NCBI GenBank assembly: GCA_027604505.1
Contig: JADIIX010000020.1
Coordinates: 124,001 to 188,000 of the forward strand
Length of the DNA: 64,000 bases
Source: Gonapodya sp. JEL0774
Taxonomy: Eukaryota
Reading direction: 5' to 3'
Of the stretch, positions 49,208 through 62,789 are shown one piece after another. The translations under genes were made by a program, and so were the position numbers. How positions within the stretch are numbered: the first letter of the stretch is position 1; every line of letters begins with the position of its first letter. The notes under the pieces were generated by a model. The model did not search any database. It had not been told where the DNA came from and was given only the letters and a program-made list of their open reading frames with translations.

Positions 49208-51336
49208 ATGTCGGAGTTTGTGCCATACCACCAGGCTCTGCGCAATCAGCCTGAACTCACCAAGGAGGTTCAGCTGGACGTTCATGGAACTTTTCCGGCT
49301 TGGATCTCGGGCGTCTTGTACAGACAGGGGCCGGGACTGTATGACGTTACTCTCTCTGAAGGTAAGCTGTTGCCTACTGTGAACGACACCAGGTAATCGC
49401 AATTGGTTCGTCGTCTCCTCAGCTGCCGCTAAGGCCACCAAGATGCACGAATTCGTAACGGATCACTGGTTCGATGGCCTCGCAATGGTCCACCGGTTAG
49501 AGATTGAGAATGGCCAAGTCAACTACCGAAGCAGATGTATGTGCAAATTGCAGGTCTGGCACAGAATTCAATCGATGACTGCCGCTAATGCCAAGCGCAC
49601 CCCTTAATGTCAGTGACTGCATCGAAGCTCCTTAAGGAAATTGAGGAGAAAGGCGACGGAGACCTTGTCTGGTTCGGGAAAAAAGGTGAGGGGATCCAAC
49701 CTGTTCATGTTATGATTACTTGTAACACATCTGTACACAGACCCCACTCTGGCCCCTCTCCTTTCAAACCCTCTTCAAATAACTCGGTTGTTCCATTCTC
49801 CAACCCACATTACCCACACACCCAGTGTGACAATCTCCCCACAGTGGCCTCTTCCATCGTCTCTTCTCAAAAGTGTCCGCGGTAGTACTGCATCTAAGGG
49901 CGTCCGCACACTTGTCAGTAAGACAGATGCCAACTTACTTCAGGGTATCGATCCCGTCACGCTAGAGGACACGCAAGGGTTGTTCACATACGCGGCGTAC
50001 GATGAGCAGCTCGGTGGACCCATGGTTGCTTCACACTCCTGGTGAGCCATTAGCTCGAAAGGACCCTGTTGGGTCAGGGAGCGGGACGCAAATTCACCCG
50101 CGCGGCCCTTTGACAGCCTGGACCCAGCAACCAATGTGCGATACAATTTCTCTATTAAGCCCGGCCTTACACCTATTTGCACCGTGTTTTCTCTTACACC
50201 AGATGAAGAGCTTGGTGCCACTACTGAAATAATGTAAGTGAATCACCTGGGCGGGGGGCCTGTTTCGATTGTGCAAAGTCGTGATCGAACTTTATAATCT
50301 CGTGACCTAACCTCGTGACCCTCCAATAGAGCACAGTTCACTGCACCGTACTTGTCCTACATCCATAGTTTCTGGATGTCAGAAAACTATATTGTCATAC
50401 CTTTCGCACCATTCCACCTCAGTTACAATGGCCTCTCTCTCTTCTGGTATCGGAATTTCCTTGAGTCACTCGTCTGGGAGCCCGAGAAACCTCTGGTTCT
50501 CGCAGTCGTCGACAAGAAAGCAAAGCGCTTTGTTGGTCTGGTGAATTCCAAGGGGCTCTTTGGCGCGCACACCAATAACGCATTTGAGGTGGATGCCGGT
50601 AATGGAACAAAGCATCTCGTCTTGGATTGGATTGCGGTGAGTTTTCTGTGTATGTGCACGATGAAAGTAAACTGATTATTTACGTCCCTACTCGTTGTAG
50701 AGTGACCAGATTGGAGTGCCCCGGGCAGTCATGGACAACATTCGCCGCTACTTCCACGACTCTCCGCACGTTTTCGGTGACATCTGTCGCCATGTTGTTA
50801 CTATCGAGAAAGCTTCTACCGGCAAGGAAGTTCTCACGTGCAATTTCACGAGATTCATCAAGGCCTCAGCACTGGAATTTCCACGTATTCACCCAAATCT
50901 CTCTGCACTCCCGTATCGTGTGGTCTACACCGCGGGCGAGGGTGCCCGTGCGGACGGCAAGCGTTTCCTCCACGGACCGATTCGTAAAATCGTGATGCCC
51001 CCATTCTCTGGACCTCCTAAATCGTCGGGTACATCTGATGAGGACATTATTAAGGCTACATGGTTTCCTGAGGGGATGTATCCATCGGAACCGATTTTTG
51101 TGCCGAGACCTGGAGCTAATGAAGAGGATGATGGCGTGTTGCTGGTAATTTGCTTCGATGTGTCTGATCAGTCGGGATGTTTGGTTGCGCTGGACGCATC
51201 TACACTAAAAGAGATTGCGAGGGCTGGCTGGTATGGGGTTGCTGAAGGAGACGGAGGACTGAAAGGGGGGAAGCATGTGATAAACTTTGGGTTCCACGGA
51301 TCATTTTATGGTTCAGGGGTCAATGCAGAATACTGA
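49208..51336 (+). CDS. Carotenoid cleavage oxygenase (RPE65/CCO family), multi-exon
   Basis: VHGTFPAWISGVLYRQGPG; HWFDGLAMVHR; four Fe-binding His contexts VASHS, YIHSF, GAHTNNAF, FGFHG; EFPRIHP; SEPIFVPRPG..EDDGVLL. Confidence 0.92.
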
Positions 51337-51645
51337 AACTTACTCCTCCGTTCTGTGTAAATTGGAGCAAATGAAGGACGCGAGTATTTCCTCTTGGTGT
51401 GCACTGATTCTTTCATCTCTTGAGACGAAGACAAATAATAACATGCGCCGGGGAAGTTCTCCGTTGAATACTCTGAAAAACTGCCAACTTCATGAGAGAA
51501 ATTGAAAGGCACACGATATGAAGTTTGCATAAAAGAAAAGGACCTACAGATTCATCTTCATCTTTGGTGGCCAGAAGCTAGTCAGTTTGCACAAGGCTCG
51601 ATGATATGTAATCATCCCGAGCTGGCAATCAAAGGAGGAATTCCA

Positions 51646-53945
51646 ATGCTACTTACACAAAATTGTCGAATACCTCTACTCGTATCAATTGCACTTCTTG
51701 TTCCGGCTTCACATCTTGTAGCGCTCGCTCATTCTCCCTCGGCGAAAGTTGAAACCCCAAGTTCTGCAATATGCCAGGCACGTTCAAGCCTGAATCGCGG
51801 CTCTACTGCATGCATCCCAACACAGCAACTAATCGTGACATTTTCTCTATTCTCTATTTATGGTCCTTTTGTGGGCAGCTGGACCTTCCCGGTCATGAGC
51901 TCACGGACAAAGTACAGTCTATTCATACCCAACCTTGTTGCTCATTTAGCCAACTCAACGATGCGAACGAGCGAGTATTCCCTGCAATACAAAGCCTCGT
52001 GGAAACTTTCTTCTTTCGCTTCTTTCGAGTGAACCTGTGGAAGGACTGCGAGTTTTGGCAGGACGGAATGTTCTGCTCAAACAGACAGTGTGCTGTCGAA
52101 GAAACTGTGGAGGTGAGTGGAATGGAAGGCGTATGTGAGGTGGCCTACAAGACAACCTGAGCAAGCTGAGGCTGACGGGCCTGTCAGCACAATGAAAACT
52201 GATTCGGAGTTTCTTGTTTTTGCTCAACCGGCACAACCGCTGGCGCCTTTGTCCCCACCATGACGTCAACCTTTACGGTTGACCCCAGGCCGACCTCCCA
52301 GATTCTTTGAAGAGTGGGAACTTGGGCGGTGTAGACCTCTCCATGTCGTCGAAACATGTTGGGTTTGGGCGCTTCTCAGACTGTAAAATTCCGGAAAAGG
52401 ACTGGTGTATACTCGACAATGAAAATTCTGGAGGTATGCGTTGTTTTTCTGGTTTGCTCTTTGGAGTTTATAATGGTTTTCGATTCAATGAGTCTCAATG
52501 TGCCCTTCGGTCACCAGACGGACACTACATCGATCTGATAAAAAATCCCGAACGTTTCACAGGCTACTCTGGTGAATCGGCTGCGCGTGTTTGGCGAGCG
52601 GTGTACTCGGAAAACTGCTTTGATTTGCCTGGGAGACAGTTCAATGAGCCAGTGTGTGCAGAGAAGATGATCTTTTACCGGATTATTTCGGGTGTGTAGG
52701 GAGTATTGAGTTATTTGCTGGAAGGAGTGGGCGATGCGTGAAGAGCAGGCCGTGGTAATTCAACCCCTGGTGCCATCATGCACCTGAACTACCCAATTTC
52801 ACCCGCAGGGCTCCATGCTTCCATATCTCTGCATATCTGCAACAACTGGCTCGACCGTGCAACTGGAGACTGGGTGAGTCGTTGGTCCAACTACAAGCCG
52901 GAGACACTCTGACCTCACTCAAATGATTTAACAAGGGGCCAAATCTTTCCTGCTTCAAGCAGCGCATAGACACAAATCCTCAGTACATTCAAAACATATA
53001 TCTAGACTACGTCATCTTGGTTCGCGCCATCAGCAAAATCGCACCGTATCTGGAGAAGTACAGGTTCTGTGCGGACGACGGTGAGCACGAGGAGGTCGGG
53101 AAGTTGGTGAAAGAAGTCGTGGCCAAGGCATCAGAATGCCCCAGTAGTTTCGACGAGAAAGGGTTGTTTGCTGATGGGGACAAGGTAAGGACCACTGTCG
53201 CATGACCAACGACGATGTCGGAAGTGACACAACTCCAACTGAACCATGCTGGCATTTATTTTCCACATACAAGCAACTCATTCGCGACATTAAGGATCGT
53301 TTCCGCAACGTTTCCAAAATCATGGACTGTGTATCGTGCGAGAAGTGCAGGATGTGGGGGAAGCTTCAAATGACCGGGTTGGGTACGGCACTCAAGCTTT
53401 TGTTTTCATACGGGGACAAGTGAGTTTTCTGGTCTTGATATCACTACCTACCGGCTATCAAATGTGTTGGGAAACATGCTCACTTGGACACATCAACCAG
53501 TCCCGCCGAATACCGCTTCACCCGCACGGAAATTGTTGCCCTCTTTAACACATTTCACCGGTACTCGAGCTCAATCGAATCAATTAAGCGATTCCGGCGA
53601 ATGGAACTCGAGGATGGAGTGCGGCCGACATCGGGGGAGGGGATCGAGAATACTTTGGCGAGCAATGCGAGTGAGCAAGGGGGTGAGGAACGGACGCTTA
53701 TGGATGTTCCCAGTGTGGATTATTCATTCGTTGCCCTGGTGACGACAGCGGCAATGGGGTTTGTCGGCGCAAGCATGCTATTCCTACGGTCTTGCGTGAA
53801 CGGAGGTGAACATCGGTCCGATCTTCCAAATGGGAAGAGGAATTACAATAGTAGTACGCCTTTTGCGGGGACAGACAATACCACTGCGAGTTTGGGGAAG
53901 AAGGCAAAAGCAAATCTGGGACGGGTTGTTAGAACAGAGACATAG
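51646..53945 (+). CDS. ERO1: ER oxidoreductin 1
   Basis: Signal peptide from ATG 51646; [79 protein letters not shown] (CxxCxxC); [10 protein letters not shown]. Confidence 0.95.
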
Positions 53946-54128
53946 CAAACAGCATTGAACCACCCGTTCGTTTATGCATAGAAGAATTGTCTGAAATACG
54001 TATCTTTCCATTCAACCACGCAGATTATACAAATGGATACTACACTTTTGACACACACATCAGACTGCTCTTCGTTACATGATCGGTGCAAAATGTCTCT
54101 GAAATATGAAGGCGGAATTCAAAAACAC

Positions 54129-55737
<1,609 letters not shown>

Positions 55738-56049
55738 TGTCCAGATAAATACCCCCGAAGTTCCAGATCACGAAAAAATGTGCCCCACGTCAGCAATCTA
55801 GACTCTCGGTGCCGGAGAGTCGAAATGGTGACCGTGTACGAGTGAAAGCTCAACACCTGAGGGGAATACCCTCTCTGCGAGCGAGGATGTGAGGATGTGG
55901 TACTGCAGTGGAGGATTGTCGACAGCTGTCTGCGTTCAGATCGAAATCGATTGTGATTGCGATTTGACTTTTTGAACTTTGTCAGATTTGCGATCCTCAT
56001 GATCACATTGATTTGTTCTTTGAAACCACGAATCACACATACATGAATA

Positions 56050-58860
56050 TCAAAAGACAAACTCTCCCCTAAATGCGTTCAAATCTCGCTTCTCAACCGC
56101 AGATGACAACTCTGCATCACCAAGTACAAAGTGTGTTTAGTTCACACAAACAATGGGATCGAAACTCGGCAACTCACCAGACTTGCCCATCATAATCATG
56201 GTCATTCGCAGAGTCTCCCAAACGCTATCGCTTATCAGACTACCAGTCCTCAGGGCAGATTCCGCCTCCCGAGTCTTTCCCTTTACATCTGAGATCGGAT
56301 GCGATTGCTGGGCAAGTGCAGTCAACAAATGCTCAGCTGCCTCCTTCGGCTGTCCCATGCCAATGCATGAGATTGCAATGTTGTACCTGTGTGCAACACC
56401 CGTATGAGAGTTTGATCCATCTTCCGATTACATCAATCTGGGAAACTAACCGTGCTCGAATATAGCCAGGGTTGATCTGTAAAGCATTAAAATAGGCGTC
56501 CATGGCCTTCCCGGTCTCGTTGGCGTTCGCGAGAGTTGCCCCAAGCTTGTTAAAGAGCATGTAGTCGTGTGGTTTCTTCGCCAAAGCAGCTTCGAAGCAA
56601 TCAACCGCTTTGTCGTATTCTCCATTCCCGTTGAAAAGAACACCGAGAGCGACCTGAACGTCCGCATCGAAGTCTCCTGGGTTAATCCTCGCTAACTCCA
56701 ACAACAGTCCCGTCAGGAAGTTATGCTTCTCAGGCCCTGCTGTGGAGGGCGCGGCGCCGGCAGCTCTGCGTTCTGCCAGAACTCTCGAGTAAGTGGGGTG
56801 GTTCTCCACCCACGACTCAAGTGCCTCCTGCATATCCCCCCTCGAGTTCTCGTTTGTGTAAGAAACTGCCAATGCAATCCATGCTTCGAGGTTTCCCGGG
56901 TCCAGCGCTACCGCTTGGCGAAGAGCAGCGATGGCTGCGCCTTCTCGCTCATTCTCCTGTTGTCGCTGGCCGAGGTGGAACCAAGCTGCGGCGTTATTGG
57001 GGTCACGTTGGACCGCGGATTCAAGTGCCAAAATGGACTCAGCCAGGGAGCGGTGCTGCGAAACATCGTTGAGAAACTCCGTGGGATGGTCAGAGAATGG
57101 ATTGGGGTACTGGAAGTTATATATGGTGTAGCTGGGGTCCTTCAACCGGTATCCGTAAGGTTGCGGCTCGTACTTATCGAAGTCCTCCTGCATATCATCC
57201 CAGGCATCAAACTCAGCGTTTTCCGACTGCATACTTGCGATGTTACGCCGAAAGTCCTTTATCCAATCACTTTCGTTGAATGCTTGCTCGTACGCTTTGG
57301 AAAACTCCTCGGCATCGAACAGCTCCGCCTCGACTTCTTTTCCTTTGCCTTTGTCTTCAGCCATTGCCCGACGAAAATCCTCACCCCACTTTTGCTCGAT
57401 CGCATCCTGTTGATGCTGTTGTTGAAATTCCTCCTCCCACCCTTCTGGTTCCCGTACCGCACCATTTTGCTCAAACTCTCTTGCCCAGTCGTGAGCTGTG
57501 CGGGGGTTTGCACTTGCAAATTCACCTGCCCAGCCCGAGCCAGCAGGTTTCTGGCTAAACTCCGCTGCCCAATCTCCTCCACCGCTTTCCAATCCAAACG
57601 GCCTCTTCTGTTCAACCACCTTGTTCCCCTCTATTGCAACTTCCCGATCCCTTAGTTGCCGCATAAAGTCCATGAACTTGGATTGTTTGAATTTGGGGTT
57701 GGTGGAGTCCCGTACCACTTCGAGGAGCATTCCGGCAGTTTGGGCTAGGGTGTCTCTGGCGTCATCTGTATCCGCCCGAGCAGCCTCCTGTTGAGCAAAC
57801 TCCTCAACCCATTGATCCGCTTCCTTCTGGATGAACTCCTGTTCCCACGGTGTGCTAAATTCTGTGAACCCGGTGGGTGAAGGTTACCATGAGAATGAAT
57901 GAATTGCGGGCTACGATTAAAGCGGATAGGCCACTCACCTTTTGCTCTCTCAAATGCACTTTCGAATTCTGCTTGCTGATCCTGAGGAATTTCAAAGAGC
58001 TGAGCTCCTTGGGATTGCTCTGCAAATCGAGCAAATTCATCTGTCCAATTCATCGGGCCTGGTAACGACCAACGGCAACTTTTGTGAGCAAATCTCATCA
58101 TAAACACAATTTTGCGGGTCCTGAGCAGGAGCTGTCAGCAGTCACCTTGATTCTGAACTCTCTGAGCCTCAAAGATTCTTTCGAATTCCGCGAAATCTTG
58201 TGCATGTGGTGGACCGTGGACAGGTCCCAGAGATTGTTGTCTCAAAAAATCAGCAGACCAATCTTCCATGGGGCGTTGAATTTGTGGACCAGCTGCCACG
58301 AGTGACGGAGGGTGGGGGCTCATATTTGGGATGCCACCAGGCATGGGAGCGAGCCGCTCCAATTCACTCGACAAGTCTGCAAACTTGAAGAAATCTTGAC
58401 GAAGATCCTGCTGCATGGGACCTCGAGGACCCTGAGCTGATTGGCGGAAGAACTCGTCGGCGAGCTAAGGGGAGTCAATTCGAGTTTCACATAATGTGAT
58501 ACAACACTTGCAAGAGCATCACAGAACAACTCTTTCCTCACGTTCTGATCAAAAGCATCGGTTCTCTGCTGTTGCCGTAGGCCTGCAAGACCCGGCTGAG
58601 CGGGGATTGTAGGTCCCCGAATCAAAGATCCGATGCCGACGGAGTTTCCGAGAGAGATTAAGGATCGTCAGAGCTCACGCCGCACATTCTGACGAAGCCG
58701 AGATGCTTTCTCGACGTAAATTGGAACTCACTCGTGCCGGGTCCTGAGGTCCTCCGAAGCGTTCGAGCTGTGCAGACCTATCGTCGTTGAAACGCTTTGC
58801 GAGCCCCATGAGGGGATTCACGGGCCCACAGTCAGCGCCACCGCCCACAAGATTATTCAT
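56050..58860 (-). CDS. PEX5: Peroxisomal PTS1 receptor PEX5
   Basis: N-terminal conserved Cys (ADCGPVNPL); many WxxxF motifs (WSADF, WTDEF, WAAEF, WAGEF, WAREF, WEEEF, WIKDF); TPRs ALESAVQRDPNNAAAWFHLG..QENERE, DVQVALGVLF, LFNKLGATLAN. Confidence 0.95.
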
Positions 58861-59056
58861 TTTGCGTGGGGAAGGGAGGTGAAGTCAAGACAGAATACTG
58901 GTTGGAGAAATTTCGGATGTGTGTTACATACGAACACTGTCTTTGGTCACATGCCGACCACTTACGGGGCATAATCGGTGATAACTGAAACAACTAACTA
59001 GGGCATCAGTGCCCCGCACGATCAATCCATAATTGCGTTCACGTCTCCTTGGGCAA

Positions 59057-62000
59057 ATGTTCAATCGCGGTAACATCGCGAACTCTTTAGCGCAGCACGC
59101 AAGCTCCATTGGAACCTCGCTCGCCCAACATATTAACGAGAGATTCGTCGTCAACTCTGTTCCACAACAGAGCTCTAGAGAAGTGTTGGACGAACATGTC
59201 GTCCTCCCCGGCGGCTTAGTGCAACACGCAATCATGCAGGTCGGCTCCGCGTCTGTTCGGGTCGAAAGACACTTGGCCGAGGGAGGTTTCGCGCACGTGT
59301 ACCTGGTCTCGAACCCTGAAGGCTCGCCCGCAGTTCTTAAGCGGGTGGTAGTTCCGGATGAGGAAAGACTAAACGAGGTTAAGACTGAACTGGGCGTGCT
59401 GGTGGGTGAAATCCCGAATGATTTCAAGTATGATGGGTAAAATCCCGTTCAATTTTCATGGGACGCATGTTCACTGGTGATACCTTCATTTACATTTTCT
59501 CTCAAAGAAACAAGTAAACGGACGAAAGAATATAGTCACGTTCTACGATGGCTCTATCAAGCGCCTGCCACCGTCTCCGACGGGTGCTGGATATGAAGCG
59601 TTGATTCTCATGGAGTTCTGCTCCGGGGGCCAAGTTGTGGACCTCATGAATTCCCGCCTCGACAATCGACTGACCGAATCCGAGATATTTCGAATATTTG
59701 GGGATGTTGTGGAAGCGGTGGCGGCTCTTCACTACTCAAAGCCGCCTGTTGTACACCGCGACATCAAAGTTGAGGTGAGAAATCACAGCGGACCCAAACT
59801 TTTCTATCAAACATTGGATATGTTGCGTGTCGTGTTCTTGAGTGTATTTTGCTCACTCGCCTTGCTCTTGGGGCGACATTCTCCCAAATCACGGCAAATG
59901 TTAGGTTTATTGCTGAGGAGACTGACCACTTCAATTTCTTGAGACGTTTTACGCTTTCCCAAATTACTCGGTTTTGTTTCCCTTACCCTCTCACCTATCC
60001 TATTGTCATGCCCCCCTCCCCTTAACTTGGTCCTCAGAACGTCCTGATTTCACGCTCAGGTATCTACAAACTCACCGACTTCGGCTCAGCAACCACCCGT
60101 CTCGTTCTTCCCGGGACCCCGCTCTCTGCCCGAGAACTCGCCCAGCTGGAGGAGGAGGTCAACCGCTCCACCACGCCGCAGTACCGAGCTCCCGAGATGG
60201 TGGACCTGTACGGACGGAAGGGCCTATCGGAGAAGACAGATGTTTGGGCTTTGGGGATTTTGTTGTACAAACTGTGCTATTATGTTGGTGCTCGTCGGTG
60301 GAAGTAGCAATTGGAAACTTCTCTCTGATTGGTTCTCCGGTCTTGGTTATCAGACGACCCCGTTTGAGGACGGCAGCCGGCTTGCCATTCTCAACGGTAA
60401 GTACAGCATCCCCCAGTCGCCACGATATCGAAAGGAGGTTCTCGACTTGATCGGTGAGTCAAGCATGAATCCTGGCGAAAACATTGACGTCCGCATTGAC
60501 CGTCCGGGATTATCCCCGCGATACGTATAACAGACAATATGCTTAGCCTAGAGCCTTCTAAGCGGTTCAATATCTTTGGCGTTTTGGACTCCGCCTGCAA
60601 GATTCGCGGCGTCTCGTGTCCCGTCGAGAATGTGAGGGAACTGCTCTGCATCTCCTGGGTGCCACCTTGGAGGTGTCCAACCTCTCATTCCTTGCTTTAG
60701 ATCTACCCCGATAAATTCCAAACTCCGTCATCTCCACTCGCGAGCCCACCGAATATCAGTTCTACCCCTCCTCTGTTCCCATCCGGTTCGGCACCACAGC
60801 CCGCTTTTGCATCCCGACAAAGTGTTTCTCCACAACCAGGGAATCAACCTCAACCTATGCGTAGAGGCCGGCCCCCGAAACGTAACCCGGGCGATCAGCC
60901 CTCTCCGTCTGCGCCACTTCTTCAGTCGGGACAGCCTCAGGGTGCCTTAGTCGTTTCTGAATCGACAAGCTCTCAGAATCGCGCGATGCCACAAGGGACG
61001 GCGAACGTGGTGGACCTTTCGTCAGTCTTTGGGACTGCGGCATCCGCACAACCTGGGCCAGTCAACACCTCCGGTAGTTTTGATGACAGTTTTGGAGGAG
61101 ATTCTGTCTGGAAAGTTGCTTCTGTAGGGCAAGCTGGAAATGAAAATGGATTTGGCGACTCATCGTGGACTTCCACTTCCCCGACTCGACCTTCTCCCAC
61201 AGTTCCGGACCAAACATCGCAAAGGCACGGTCTGCAAGAACAACAGATGTCTGGCGCCCTTTTTTCACCAGATTTTCAGACCGCGTTCGGAAATGAACAA
61301 TTGCCGGAGGTGACCTGGGGTGGTGCGTCTGTTTCTAGACTGGATTCGACGACTCCTGTTGAATTCGCCTCCGGTGGGAATCCAAGTCAGCCCGTTAACT
61401 CAATACAAGGAGTCCCTCGAGGATTTGAACACGTTGAGGATTCGCCTGGTGCTTCACGCGGGGTTCTGTTTACGAACCCGGACTTTCGATCTGTCGTTCA
61501 GGATCTAAACGCTGGACAACCAGCCGCAAACCCGTTGTCTGGTCCTTCAACAGAGCAGTCATATGCTTCAGGGAGCTTTTTCAGTGGCGTATATCAAACT
61601 AGTCCGGTGGGAAACCGCCCCGCCTCTCTTGTTGGGCCAGATTCCGAAACGAGCTCCTTCACTCCTGTGAGTGCCAGCCGGAGTTCCGGTGGAAAGTCCG
61701 AAGACTACGTCGGTCGTCGCAGCTTCGAAAGTGGAAGTTCAGCAGGCATATCCAGTTATGACAGTGGACCTCGAGGCAGTTTTGAAGAGCGGGCAAGCAG
61801 AAGTTTCGACGCAGGACCGCCCGCACGATTTCGCTCCCCCTCACCTTCACCTGTTGCGCACTTCTTGCCGTTGGAGGAAGAAGAAAAGCCAACTCCCGCC
61901 CATGTTTCCCATGTACAGTCATCAGAAAAGCGTTCGCCAGTCCTTGTAAGGCCTCCTGTCCCACCTAAACCTTTGTCATTGACTGGAGCTTCATCCGTTT

Positions 62001-62737
62001 CTGTGGACTCGAAGGGATGGCATGATCGTGGTCCCAGTACAGCCTCAGTGGCGTCAGCAGGATCGCAGCACTCGGCTCCACGCCAACAGTCAGTGCTTCC
62101 GGATGTTGCGAGAATATCGAGTTGGAGCTCGATTGACTCTGGAAAGCTACCTCAACCACTCATGCTGTTAAATCCCGCGCGTCCTACCAATTCTGGGAGT
62201 TCAAACAATGCCACAGTTTCGTCGGGAACAACGGGTAGCGTAGAGCAACCTCCTCCCGTTCCAGAAAAAGACAATATTGATGGGATGGTTGCCGCTGCAA
62301 TCAATGGCTTTTCTTTAGGCGACAGCAATGTAGAAAAGCGAAAACCCCCCAACACGCCAACATTAAGTCAGCTGAGTTCCATGTCTCCATCTACCCGAAA
62401 TACACCATCCTGGAGTGCAGGTCCAACGGGCAACATGAGCACCATTCAGAGGCAACCTTCGCGATCTGCTGGCGGACAGGCCACAACGTCAAATTTTACA
62501 CCCCAGCTGCAATCATATCCACAAACTCCACCATCACATTCTCTGTATCATAGTCCGAACACGCTAGCGCAAGTCGCGAACTCAAATGCATCGCAACAGA
62601 CTTTTACCCCGTTCGTTCCAGCGCTTGTAGCAAGCTCACCCACCTCTCTGTCAACTCGTTCGAACTCACCACAGCGTCCTACAGGGGTGAAGGCACTAAC
62701 TTCACATTGGAATGAACGAACAAGCACCCGAGGATGA
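59057..62737 (+). CDS. NAK-family Ser/Thr kinase (Ark1/Prk1/AAK1-like) with long disordered tail
   Basis: HLAEGGFAHVYLV; ILMEFCSGGQVVDLMN.RL; PPVVHRDIKVENVLI; LTDFGSAT; TTPQYRAPEMVDLY; DVWALG; TTPFE; MRRGRP motif and Pro/Ser-rich tail. Confidence 0.92.
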
Positions 62738-62789
62738 GACAGTAATTGTAACTGCTATGTATTTCGTGATAACAATATACCCGTGTTTC

